Source of the DNA: a virus
Lineage: Duplodnaviria > Caudoviricetes
Strand: one strand, 5' to 3'
DNA: 64,000 bases
IMG/VR virus record: IMGVR_UViG_3300012667_000244
Coordinates: 1 to 64,000 of that record
Within the stretch, counting starts at the first letter, position 1. Every line of letters starts with the position of its first letter. The notes under the pieces are model-generated. The model did no database searches, was not told where the DNA came from, and worked only from the letters and a program-made list of their open reading frames with translations. Position numbers and translations under genes: made by a program. Positions 9,335 through 18,666 of the stretch are shown here, in pieces.

Positions 9335-10051
9335 TTATTTATTTTTCTGTACACGCTGAGGTAAACCTTTGATGTTTTTACCTTTGTCAGCGCGATTAAA
9401 TTCTTTAGCAACAGATGGATTGATTTTAACCTTCTTAGCAAATGCAGGATTATGTGCAGCCGCTGCCATCATATGTGCTTGTGCTTGACTAACTGAACGC
9501 TCGTCTAATTCAGCTTCACTGTTAATGATAGCATCATAATCGGCCATGCTTAATGTTCTACCTTCTGCGCTAAGGCTGATTAAATTTTCAGCAACATTGT
9601 GCAAATCCATATCAGTTTGTGCATCTTCACGAGCATATTCTAATAAACGAATTAGTAACGGCACATCTACAGTAATCTCATCTTTCGGATTATCTACTGT
9701 TACGATCTCGTTCGCTTCTTTAACTTGTTTGCTAACAGACTTACCTTCTTTCAAACGAACACGCTCGGCAATCATGCTAGCGTATTGTCTTAAATGTGTT
9801 TTCTTTTCTTCTTGTTGTGCATTGATTAACTCTTCTGCTTCTGCAAAATACTTGCCAATCATGCTAGTCTTAGGCTGCTTCTTTTCTACAGGCTTACTGT
9901 AGTGTTGCATGGCCATTTGTACAGGAAGGGCAACCTTATGAGGATTAGCACCTTCTGTAACAATAGACATAAACTTAGACATGTCTGAAGCACCTTCTAC
10001 AGGCTTTGTAGAAACGCCATCCATTGCCTGTAGAATCTTCTTCATGTCCAT
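9335..10051 (-). CDS. Putative head internal protein
   Basis: MDMKKILQAMD N-terminus; repeated [LV]-x-E motifs. Confidence 0.5.
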   Translation of the reverse strand: MDMKKILQAMDGVSTKPVEGASDMSKFMSIVTEGANPHKVALPVQMAMQHYSKPVEKKQPKTSMIGKYFAEAEELINAQQEEKKTHLRQYASMIAERVRLKEGKSVSKQVKEANEIVTVDNPKDEITVDVPLLIRLLEYAREDAQTDMDLHNVAENLISLSAEGRTLSMADYDAIINSEAELDERSVSQAQAHMMAAAAHNPAFAKKVKINPSVAKEFNRADKGKNIKGLPQRVQKNK

Positions 10052-10055
10052 ACTA

Positions 10056-11420
10056 TTATCCGTTTAAACGAGTTAGGAACTCTTTCATACGATCTAAGTC
10101 TGCTGACTCTTTGACAGTTTCTTTCTTGTCATCTTTCTTTGCAAATGGATTTTCTTTCTTATCACTAACAGCTTTTTTCATCGGCTCTTCGGTGTCACCA
10201 TCTTTATCCATATCTAAGAAGTCTGGCTTTGAACCTTTCTTAGCTTCTGCAACTTTAACAGACTCTTTAACTTTGTTCCACTCAGACTTAGCACCTTTTT
10301 CTTTGGCAGCTTTCTTCATTGGCTCTTTCTTGTCGCCGTCTTTGTCCATGTCTAAGAAGTCTGGCTTAGCACCTTCGTCAACTTTTTCTGCTTCAGCTTT
10401 CTTCTTAGCTTGCATCTTTTCTTTAGCTAGACGAGCAACACGCTGTCCGTCAGTTTCAAAACGCTTCTTAGAATAAGTACCTTCTGGTTCTTTTTCCTTG
10501 GCAGCTTCGTTAACTTTCTTACCATCTTTATAACGGCTTACAGTTCCTGGATGAGCTTTTTCGTACGCTTTGCTTTCTTTCTCAGCAGCCTTGTCAGCAG
10601 CCTTATCGCCTGATTTCTCTGCGGCACTGCGAGATTTTACTTTGCTTGCTGGCTCAGCATGTTCTTCATCTTTGAAGCTAGTGTTAGTATGCTTAACACC
10701 TGTTGCTGTTTTAGTTACAACACCAGTTTTAGTTTTAGAACTATCGCCTACTTTCTTAAGATCTGAAGCAGCTTCGTCAACTTGCTTACCTAAGCTGTAA
10801 CGACGCACACCTTCTGGGTTAGCTTTCTTAGCGGCTTTGTAATCTTTCTCTTGTGCCTTGTCAGCGGCTTTGTCGCCTGCTTTCTCAGCGGCTGAACGAC
10901 TTTTAACTTTGCTTACTGGCTCACCGTGCTCTTCATCACTGTGACTTGTGTTAGTATGCTTAACACCGGTATCAGTCTTAGTCATTACGCCAGTGCGGGT
11001 TTTCTTTGTTGAACCAGTTTTTGCACCAGCTTCGAAGCCTTCTTCAACATCTTTCTTGCCAGTAACTTTATCAGCTTGTTCTTTCTTTAACTCTTTCATC
11101 TTAGCCTTAGCTTCCATTAACATATTTGTTAATGCAGTCTTTTGGCTTTCAGACATTACATCGCTGTTATCAAGAGCTTTGCCGTACTCATTGAACTTCA
11201 TTTCGTATTCCATATAATGGTATACTGAAGCAATGTAGTCAGCGGCTTTAGTAATCTTAGCTTGTACCCAACCTTCTAGTTGATCTTCAGGCTGGATTTT
11301 CTTGAATAGCTTGAAGCTATAGTTTGCTAACTTGTATAAGTCAGCTTTTGCCATTCCGCCTTCGTGATCTTCTTGGCCCATTGGCATATTGTTGTTGTTA
11401 TCTGGTTGCATGTCTTGCAT
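10056..11420 (-). CDS. Lys/Glu-rich repetitive putative head internal protein
   Basis: Two internal duplications separated by V-x-E-[AGS] motifs; TAAATA upstream at 11444-11449. Confidence 0.55.
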   Translation of the reverse strand: MQDMQPDNNNNMPMGQEDHEGGMAKADLYKLANYSFKLFKKIQPEDQLEGWVQAKITKAADYIASVYHYMEYEMKFNEYGKALDNSDVMSESQKTALTNMLMEAKAKMKELKKEQADKVTGKKDVEEGFEAGAKTGSTKKTRTGVMTKTDTGVKHTNTSHSDEEHGEPVSKVKSRSAAEKAGDKAADKAQEKDYKAAKKANPEGVRRYSLGKQVDEAASDLKKVGDSSKTKTGVVTKTATGVKHTNTSFKDEEHAEPASKVKSRSAAEKSGDKAADKAAEKESKAYEKAHPGTVSRYKDGKKVNEAAKEKEPEGTYSKKRFETDGQRVARLAKEKMQAKKKAEAEKVDEGAKPDFLDMDKDGDKKEPMKKAAKEKGAKSEWNKVKESVKVAEAKKGSKPDFLDMDKDGDTEEPMKKAVSDKKENPFAKKDDKKETVKESADLDRMKEFLTRLNG

Positions 11421-11446
11421 GAGTATACTCCGTTATCTTTATATAT

Positions 11447-12046
11447 TTAGCGTCTTTTGATTACTGTAGACTCATTTGCAGGCCCGCCAAATAAGCTAGT
11501 TCCTTTGATGTCCAAGCCGTTTTTCGCCGTGCCCGCCTTGGTTTTAGGTTGTACAACCTTAGGTTGCGGAGGCGCCTTAGTACCACTTATGCCACCCCAC
11601 GGGTCACCTATGTAACTCTTCTTACCACGAGCTTTACCCGGGCTATGATGTGGGTTTGCAATAGTGCCAATGTTGCCTGCGCTAGTTCCACCAGCAGTAG
11701 CAGTTTCTGACATGCCGTGTACTGGAGATAGTGTAGCTTCAGCCGCAGTAAATTGTCCTTGTGCAATAGCATGTTTAGCCCACGCAATAGCGTTACTGCG
11801 TCCAAGAATTGGCTTAGGATTAACTGCTTGACCGCCTACTTTAATATTGTATAGACTAGTTTCTTTTCTAGCATGATCGTGCGATGGGCTAGGATCTGGT
11901 ACATGGTATTCATCGTCGTCTCTGCGACCACGACTAAATCCAGTACGACTTGAATCATAGTCACGCTGGTAAGCATCACGGCTACCATATCGACCCTCGT
12001 CAAGTTCGCTTTGATGTGCTTCTGATAGTAGTTCTCTGATTTTCAT
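11447..12046 (-). CDS. Putative head internal protein
   Basis: MKIRELLSE N-terminus. Confidence 0.5.
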   Translation of the reverse strand: MKIRELLSEAHQSELDEGRYGSRDAYQRDYDSSRTGFSRGRRDDDEYHVPDPSPSHDHARKETSLYNIKVGGQAVNPKPILGRSNAIAWAKHAIAQGQFTAAEATLSPVHGMSETATAGGTSAGNIGTIANPHHSPGKARGKKSYIGDPWGGISGTKAPPQPKVVQPKTKAGTAKNGLDIKGTSLFGGPANESTVIKRR

Positions 12047-12047
12047 A

Positions 12048-12341
12048 TTATTTTCCTACAGGTTTTTCACCAGTCATGTATGGTAAGCTAAACCATAGTT
12101 TAAACCATTCTGGCGTACCTGGTTGAATGTTGTGTTGGCGCATTAATTCGCCTTTGCTAGTTCCAGTAACACTGATGTTACTACCTTGCTGAGCACGATA
12201 TTCGTGCAGTCTAGCTTCACCACCGAGACCGCCTAATCCACTTAATGCTTTTAGCTCATGGATTGGATCGTTAGGAGCAAGATAGCAATCGTCGTTACTA
12301 TCTTGAACAAAATCTTGGGTAGTGATTTTATACTGTTTCAT
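12048..12341 (-). CDS. Hypothetical protein (97 aa)
   Basis: In operon; IQPGTPEWFKLWF motif. Confidence 0.7.
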   Translation of the reverse strand: MKQYKITTQDFVQDSNDDCYLAPNDPIHELKALSGLGGLGGEARLHEYRAQQGSNISVTGTSKGELMRQHNIQPGTPEWFKLWFSLPYMTGEKPVGK

Positions 12342-14092
12342 TATACACCGTACTTGTTTCTTTTAGGGGCAGCAACCGGACTAACTTTGTGCGTTGAGTC
12401 AAGCTCTCTACTCTTCATGTCGCCGTTGTTCAGATCTTCGTATTTTGCACCAACTGCTTCATACGCTTGTTTAAGCATGTCTTGCTCTTCTTGTGTATAC
12501 GGATGTGTTGACTTCTTTTTACCAATCCAGCTCTTAGCTTTCATGTCAATCGGGTCTTTTCCATTAGCGCCTGCTACTGCCATACCTAATCTGTAAGCAG
12601 TATAGTCGCCACTCATTTTTTCAGAATCCCCGTAAGTGTTTAATCCTGCGGTAGATTGTTGCTTGCGCTTAGTAATCTTTGCTTCTGAAGATTCATTTAG
12701 CTCTGCTTCCATTTCTGCAAGACGAGCTTCCATAGTTTCAAACTTTGGCATTAGGTGATAATTCTTGCGTTGCTCTAAATCAACACGCCCGGGTTGCCCT
12801 GGAATGTTAGCAAGCGCCGCATCTACTTCCTTACGAAATTCCGGCATTGTGTTGTAAGACTGTTGCATCTTAGGAGGCAATGGTTTGCCAGCAGCCATAA
12901 TGTCCACATAGGCTTTTACAATAGCTAAGTGCTTGGCTTTCTCTTCTGCTTCAAGTGCCTTAGCACGAGCATTAGCATCCTTCTCTGATTGACTAGAACC
13001 TTGCATACGCATTGCTACTTCTGCTAGGTACTTTGCTCTGTCTTCTAAGTAGCTATCTACGAACGATTCGTTAGTAGGAGCAACTGGTGTAGAGTCTAAT
13101 GAGTGATGATTAACTTTTTGTAGTCTATCTACTTCTGCTGTATTCTTTATTAACTGTTGCGCTTTAAGTGCTTCTTGACGTTTAGCTTCAGCGGCATTGC
13201 TAGCGGCAGCATCAGCTGCCCACTTTGCTTTAGTACTTGGGCTAGGAAACGCACCCGCGATCTCATCGACAACTTTATTGCCTTTCTGATCAATCCCGCT
13301 GTTAGGTGGAAGGTAAACTTGCTTGCATGGCATACACACTTTGACCTCATGGCCCATGTACTTGCCACCTTGTAAGTCACCACCGCACTTTGGACAGTCG
13401 TGTGTATCTGATAAGTCACCTTTGTGCTTCTTAGGGAACTTAACTACATCACCTTCTGCTACAACCGCTGCCTTCTTAGCTTTCTCTGGGTACTTGTTTA
13501 GGAAGTGTGCAACAACATCAAATACTGGATGGGCTTGTCCGTTTACTTCTACAGCAACACTAGGCTTAATACCCATGTCGTTATAGAATGACTTACGGTC
13601 ACCACTGCGAACAGCGGCTCTTAGATTGGTAGCACTAGCAAGACGTTCAGTCTTAACCCAGTCAATTTGTTGGAAGTTATACATGCCGTGTTCTTTTTCA
13701 ACACCGTTGTATTGTGACAATGCTTTGTATAACCATTCTTCGTCGGTGTAGACTTTTAAGTGTACATTCTGTCCGTGCTCTGAATAAATTCTAGCGGCTA
13801 ATGTTAGCAAACTTTGTTCTGGAATAACATGTCCAGCTACCTTAGGCCAAACAGCTTTCATTAATTGTAACTTGATATCGTAAGGAACTGGATCCTTAGG
13901 ACCGCTTGTACTTTGATTAGTACCAACATACCAGATTGGATTAGTAGCGGCACTTTGCCAAACAGCTTTATGTCCTTTGTGCGGAGGATTCCAACGCCCA
14001 AAGCACACTCCGATGGTCTTTAAAGAATTGTCAAACTCTTCACCACCTTCGTTTACATCGTAAATATTTTCAAATAGTTGTCGTAGTTTCAT
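12341..14092 (-). CDS. HxGH nucleotidyltransferase (cytidylyltransferase-like) fused to a Zn-ribbon and other modules
   Basis: FGRWNPPHKGH, KDP, SATNLR; CPKC...CMPC. Start MKLRQLFE at 14092 via TAATG overlap. Confidence 0.75.
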   Translation of the reverse strand: MKLRQLFENIYDVNEGGEEFDNSLKTIGVCFGRWNPPHKGHKAVWQSAATNPIWYVGTNQSTSGPKDPVPYDIKLQLMKAVWPKVAGHVIPEQSLLTLAARIYSEHGQNVHLKVYTDEEWLYKALSQYNGVEKEHGMYNFQQIDWVKTERLASATNLRAAVRSGDRKSFYNDMGIKPSVAVEVNGQAHPVFDVVAHFLNKYPEKAKKAAVVAEGDVVKFPKKHKGDLSDTHDCPKCGGDLQGGKYMGHEVKVCMPCKQVYLPPNSGIDQKGNKVVDEIAGAFPSPSTKAKWAADAAASNAAEAKRQEALKAQQLIKNTAEVDRLQKVNHHSLDSTPVAPTNESFVDSYLEDRAKYLAEVAMRMQGSSQSEKDANARAKALEAEEKAKHLAIVKAYVDIMAAGKPLPPKMQQSYNTMPEFRKEVDAALANIPGQPGRVDLEQRKNYHLMPKFETMEARLAEMEAELNESSEAKITKRKQQSTAGLNTYGDSEKMSGDYTAYRLGMAVAGANGKDPIDMKAKSWIGKKKSTHPYTQEEQDMLKQAYEAVGAKYEDLNNGDMKSRELDSTHKVSPVAAPKRNKYGV

Positions 14093-15288
14093 TATGGTAC
14101 CCAAGCCGGTATAGTAGAGCCTTGCGGCGTTGTGATATCTGTTCTTGGAACGAATTTAACATTGCCAAGTTGTTTGCCTTTTTCAGCGTATCTTACCCAA
14201 CCTTCTGCATTAGTTGCTTTGATCTCACCTGGGTCGCTGTCTAGTTGTGCAATAATAGAATTCTTCAATTGCATAACATCTGTAAATATTTTAAAGATAA
14301 CAGGCAATGCTGCCGGAAATTGTGCGGCACGCTCTTTGATCTTCTGTGCCTGACCCGGGCTAACAACGCCTCCAGTATCAATCCAGTTGATAAAATTGTT
14401 ACCAACATTCTGTAGCTGGCCTTGCTTGCTCATTGTATTAACATAGCGATACATGAAGTCTTTAAATCCACTAACACCTGCAATAGGCTGTAGGAATGCA
14501 TCTACTTGCGGGCCGTGCTCTGCAATGTATGCTTCGACTGCGGCAACTGCTTCAACATCGATAGTTGGTTGTATTTGTGTGTAGTATGGTCCTAATACAA
14601 TAAGTTCACCAGTGCCGTTAAACTCATCAAAACTTGTTTTAGGTTTTTGTGCAGAATCATCAGCACCGAATGTATCAAATGTACCGTGTCCCACTACCAT
14701 AACTTGTGCGGCAGCAATACGCTGACCAAGTTCAGTATCTTGTTTGATATGATATATTGTTTTGCTTTTTGGGTTAGGGTGTAGATTGTACACACCGTTT
14801 GCATCAGCTACTGGCGGGTTTAAAAATAACGCATCTGCGTAAACAAACCCTCTAAACTTTTCTGGAGTAGCTGCCTTAAACATTTCATATAAGTGGCTAA
14901 AGTTAGCGGCAAAGTCTTTGCGTTGCTCTAACTCTTGCGGGCTCTTAGGACTTCCACTCTTGTTTAGAATGAAGTTATAGATGCCACGACTGCTAGTAAA
15001 GTCTTGTAAGTCACTAGTTCCTTTACCGCCACGCAACCAACCGTTATGGTTAGCTAGGATAAAGGTACCGTCTTCAGTGCGTCCCCAATATACTTGAGGA
15101 GCACCATCCCATTTCATGCGGACTGATGTAGCATCGTCGCCTACATCTTTAATATGATCTAATGCTTCGACAGCACCGGCACTTCCGTGGAAGAATACTA
15201 AGTCTTCGAGGTGATTGAAAGCTCTGCCTAGTTTCTTTTTAACTACGGCACCTGCATCTTCACGAAAGAATAATTCTCTTAGTAACAC
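14092..15288 (-). CDS. ATP-dependent ligase-like nucleotidyltransferase (DUF6267-like)
   Basis: HLEDL, KWDGAP (motif I), EGWV (IV), KFV (V); MLLRELF N-terminus. Confidence 0.6.
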   Translation of the reverse strand: MLLRELFFREDAGAVVKKKLGRAFNHLEDLVFFHGSAGAVEALDHIKDVGDDATSVRMKWDGAPQVYWGRTEDGTFILANHNGWLRGGKGTSDLQDFTSSRGIYNFILNKSGSPKSPQELEQRKDFAANFSHLYEMFKAATPEKFRGFVYADALFLNPPVADANGVYNLHPNPKSKTIYHIKQDTELGQRIAAAQVMVVGHGTFDTFGADDSAQKPKTSFDEFNGTGELIVLGPYYTQIQPTIDVEAVAAVEAYIAEHGPQVDAFLQPIAGVSGFKDFMYRYVNTMSKQGQLQNVGNNFINWIDTGGVVSPGQAQKIKERAAQFPAALPVIFKIFTDVMQLKNSIIAQLDSDPGEIKATNAEGWVRYAEKGKQLGNVKFVPRTDITTPQGSTIPAWVP

Positions 15289-15290
15289 AT

Positions 15291-15659
15291 TTAGTCCTTG
15301 TACTTGCCTTCTTCAGCATGTTTGCAAGTTTCTTCGTGCATCTTCTTGCAAGCTGCCATACATAATTTATCGTCGAGTGTTTCTGGAAGTCTACGATCCG
15401 GAAATTCATCGGCGTAATCTTTAAATCCTTTTAGAACAGCAATTTTAAAAATGCTAGGATGTGTATTTTGATTTGAATTGATGCGATCCAAGCACTTAGT
15501 AACTGCTGGATAAGTGTGACGACGATATGTGTCATCGTTGTTATTCATAAAGAATACTAGATCGTCAGCTAAATCATAGTCGAGCTTGTCGTCATCGTGT
15601 TGATCACTATGTTTATCTAAATCTATTTCGACGCTTTCTAATAGTTCATTTATACGCAT
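15291..15659 (-). CDS. Putative head internal protein
   Basis: MRINELLES N-terminus; TAAATA at 15706-15711. Confidence 0.5.
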   Translation of the reverse strand: MRINELLESVEIDLDKHSDQHDDDKLDYDLADDLVFFMNNNDDTYRRHTYPAVTKCLDRINSNQNTHPSIFKIAVLKGFKDYADEFPDRRLPETLDDKLCMAACKKMHEETCKHAEEGKYKD

Positions 15660-15731
15660 TTTAAAGTCCGTTATACATTGTCAGCAGAATATTCTGCGGT
15701 TAGAGTATTTATCGCTTTTGCGATCAACGGA

Positions 15732-16352
15732 CTATGCTTTGATAATGCGCTCTATCTTTGCTATAGAGCCGCCTAAGTGCATTTTTGCCATCAGTAGCGT
15801 CTTATCACCGTTGATGTAAAAGTATGTGCCACCCCAACTGCGTTGCTTTAGCAGATCTTTCTTACAGCTCTTTGTTAGCTTCAGCTTATCGCTATTTTCA
15901 GCCCATTGTACAAAAGTACTGTGCTCTGATGTAGTTTTACCTATTGTAACACGATACTCGTAGTCAATCTTATGCATAATAATGCTGCCGATGTCTAACG
16001 AAGTTCCTGCAGGCGGCATTGAAATATATTTTACAGCTTTTTCGTCTAGTGCTTTCAACTGATTAATGTATGCCATACTGTTTGTATAGATACTGATCCA
16101 AGGGCTTTCAACCCTAATTTCAATGTCGGGCATTTTAGATAATGCACTATGTAACGCTAATGCTGAGTCTACATCGTCTTGTGTGTATCGTTGCTTAGAA
16201 TACAGTCCAGGTGTATTGATAGTTATTTTCTTAATCTGCGCCAGAGCTGAATCCATGTCCCCGCTTCTAAACACAGAAGCAGTAGCACATATCAATACTA
16301 TTTTGTACTGATATGTGCCTTTGAATAACCGATTAGTTGTTTTATACAACAT
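15732..16352 (-). CDS. Hypothetical protein
   Basis: Probable start MLYKTT overlapping the clpA stop region. Confidence 0.7.
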   Translation of the reverse strand: MLYKTTNRLFKGTYQYKIVLICATASVFRSGDMDSALAQIKKITINTPGLYSKQRYTQDDVDSALALHSALSKMPDIEIRVESPWISIYTNSMAYINQLKALDEKAVKYISMPPAGTSLDIGSIIMHKIDYEYRVTIGKTTSEHSTFVQWAENSDKLKLTKSCKKDLLKQRSWGGTYFYINGDKTLLMAKMHLGGSIAKIERIIKA

Positions 16353-18612
16353 CTTCGGTTGTTGCATCTACGGTTAGCAGAGGTGTCTTAGTAGCTTTCG
16401 GCTTAGCAATCAATAGCAATTTATCGCCTTCTACTGTAACAGTCAACCAACCGCCTGCTTTTAAGTCACCGAACAACATCATACGAGCAAGATCTCGTTT
16501 GATTTCTTTGTCGATAACTCGTTGCAACGGACGAGCACCCATCTTAGGATCAAATCCCTTCTCGATCAACCACTCAGTAGCTTCTTTGTTGACCTTAATA
16601 CGGATACCTTTCTCTTTAACTTGCTCACGGACTTCGTCCAAGAACTTGTTAACAACTTTAGCCATTGAATCCTTGCCCAACTTGTTAAATGTCATAATGC
16701 CATCTAAGCGGTTACGGAACTCTGGTGTAAAGAACTTGTTCAAGTCTTTGCTAGTGTACTCTTTGCTTTGTGAACCGAATCCAATTTGATTCTTTTCAGC
16801 ATCTTGTGCGCCAGCGTTTGTAGTCAAGATAAGGATCAAGTTACGGCAATCAGCTTTCTTACCATTTGAACCTGTAACAAAACCGTTATCCATCATCTGC
16901 AACAATACAGTTGAAACATCTGGGTGTGACTTTTCAACTTCGTCAAACAACAGAACAGCGTTAGGGTTCTCTTGAATCTGCGTAATCAACAAGCCAGCAT
17001 TTTCTTCAAAGCCAACATAACCCGGAGGGCTACCAATCAGCTTAGAGATACTGTGCTTCTCTTGATATTCTGACATATCGAAACGGAGCAACTTAACGCC
17101 CAAGTTCTTAGCCAGCGCCTTGGCAGTTTCAGTCTTACCACAACCTGTTGGGCCCATAAACACAAAGCTACCGACTGGTTTGTTTTCCGACTTCAAGCCA
17201 GCTTGCGCAACCATAATCTTATCGACTACTTCTTGTACAGCTACATCTTGTCCGTAAACTTGTGACTGCAACTTGTCTTGCAATGTAGCAAGGTTGTTGC
17301 TTTCAGTTTCCATAACTTGTTCTTCTGGCAAGTTAATCATCTTAGCAAGTTCGTATTGAATCTCGCGTTCTGAAACAACACGCTCGTCTGCTAGCTTCAA
17401 GTTAAAGCGTGAGCAAGCCAAGTCAATCAAGTCAATTGCCTTGTCTGGCAACTTCTTGTCTGTTTGATACTTAACTGACAACTTAACTGATGCTTGCAAC
17501 GCATCGTCTTTGATTTTAACATTGTGATGTGTCTCATAGTACTTCTTAATACCTTTGAGAATCTGCAATGCCATTTCTTGAGTAGGCTCGTCGATTGTAA
17601 TGCGTTGGAAACGGCGCATCAATGCACGATCCTTTTCGAAGTGCTTACGGTATTCTTCCCATGTCGTGCTAGCGATAACTTTGATGTTACCCTTAGCCAA
17701 CGCAGGCTTCATCATGTTAGCCAAGTCATTTGCTGAGTTGTTAGCTGAGCCAGCACCACTAATCATGTGTGCTTCGTCAATGAACAAGATTGTTTTACCT
17801 TTCTTGTTCAAGCTCTTGATAACTTGCTTGAAGCGTTCTTCAAAGTCACCGCGATACTTACTACCAGCAAGCATAGCACTAATGTCCAAGTTAAACACTT
17901 GGTAATCTTTGAGGAAGTCTGGAACAGCACCCTTAACGATGTTATAGGCAAGACCTTCTGCAATAGCAGTCTTACCAACACCTGGATCACCAACTAAGAT
18001 CACATTAGACTTACTGCGTCGGCCCATTGCTAGCGCAACATTCTCAAGTTCTTCAACACGACCGATAACTGGATCAATTTTATTCTTCTTAACTTCGTCG
18101 TTAAGGTTAGTTGTAAATTGTGCCAATGCTTTGTCGCTACCAGTTTCTCGAGGTTCAACATCGTCGATAGCATCACCATCTGCACTTGTGTTCAAATAGT
18201 CAGCAAACTTATCTTTGTCGATGTCAGCTTGCGCAATATAAAAATGCGCCCAGCTACGCTTCTCTGCCATCATAGCAAGGAACACATCAGTTGGCTCGAT
18301 GCGTTGACGGCCGTTGAACAATACTTGTGTAAATGCTCGGTTAAGAACACGCTCTACGCTTTGTGTTTTCTTTGGCTTAACTACAACATCTTCCGTTGCA
18401 ATTTCGTTGCACTTAGTTTGTAAGTACTCGCCAAGGTTCTTTCTAAGGTCGTCAGTGTTAGCACCATAACCAGTAACTGCGTTACTGAATGAATCTTCCA
18501 ACAGCATAGCAAACAATAGATGTTCGATGGTTAGGTATTCATGGTGTAGTTTTTTAGCAGTATCAATTGCTTTTTCAAATACTGCTTGTAAATTGTCGCT
18601 GGGTTCGACCAT
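16342..18612 (-). CDS. clpA: ClpA-type AAA+ ATPase
   Basis: Clp N-domain, two Walker A motifs (GDPGVGKT, GPTGCGKT), KYRGDFE, GYVG pore loop, IGF ClpP-docking loop; no ClpB middle domain. Confidence 0.93.
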   Translation of the reverse strand: MVEPSDNLQAVFEKAIDTAKKLHHEYLTIEHLLFAMLLEDSFSNAVTGYGANTDDLRKNLGEYLQTKCNEIATEDVVVKPKKTQSVERVLNRAFTQVLFNGRQRIEPTDVFLAMMAEKRSWAHFYIAQADIDKDKFADYLNTSADGDAIDDVEPRETGSDKALAQFTTNLNDEVKKNKIDPVIGRVEELENVALAMGRRSKSNVILVGDPGVGKTAIAEGLAYNIVKGAVPDFLKDYQVFNLDISAMLAGSKYRGDFEERFKQVIKSLNKKGKTILFIDEAHMISGAGSANNSANDLANMMKPALAKGNIKVIASTTWEEYRKHFEKDRALMRRFQRITIDEPTQEMALQILKGIKKYYETHHNVKIKDDALQASVKLSVKYQTDKKLPDKAIDLIDLACSRFNLKLADERVVSEREIQYELAKMINLPEEQVMETESNNLATLQDKLQSQVYGQDVAVQEVVDKIMVAQAGLKSENKPVGSFVFMGPTGCGKTETAKALAKNLGVKLLRFDMSEYQEKHSISKLIGSPPGYVGFEENAGLLITQIQENPNAVLLFDEVEKSHPDVSTVLLQMMDNGFVTGSNGKKADCRNLILILTTNAGAQDAEKNQIGFGSQSKEYTSKDLNKFFTPEFRNRLDGIMTFNKLGKDSMAKVVNKFLDEVREQVKEKGIRIKVNKEATEWLIEKGFDPKMGARPLQRVIDKEIKRDLARMMLFGDLKAGGWLTVTVEGDKLLLIAKPKATKTPLLTVDATTEDVV

Positions 18613-18636
18613 ATGCTTCCTTTTAAAGTATGTTTA

Positions 18637-18665
18637 ATTATAAAGTAAATTTGTGTAAAAGTCAA
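18637..18665 (-). promoter_or_regulatory. sigma70-type promoter TTGACT-17-TATAAT
   Basis: Read directly upstream of clpA. Confidence 0.75.
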
Positions 18666-18666
18666 A

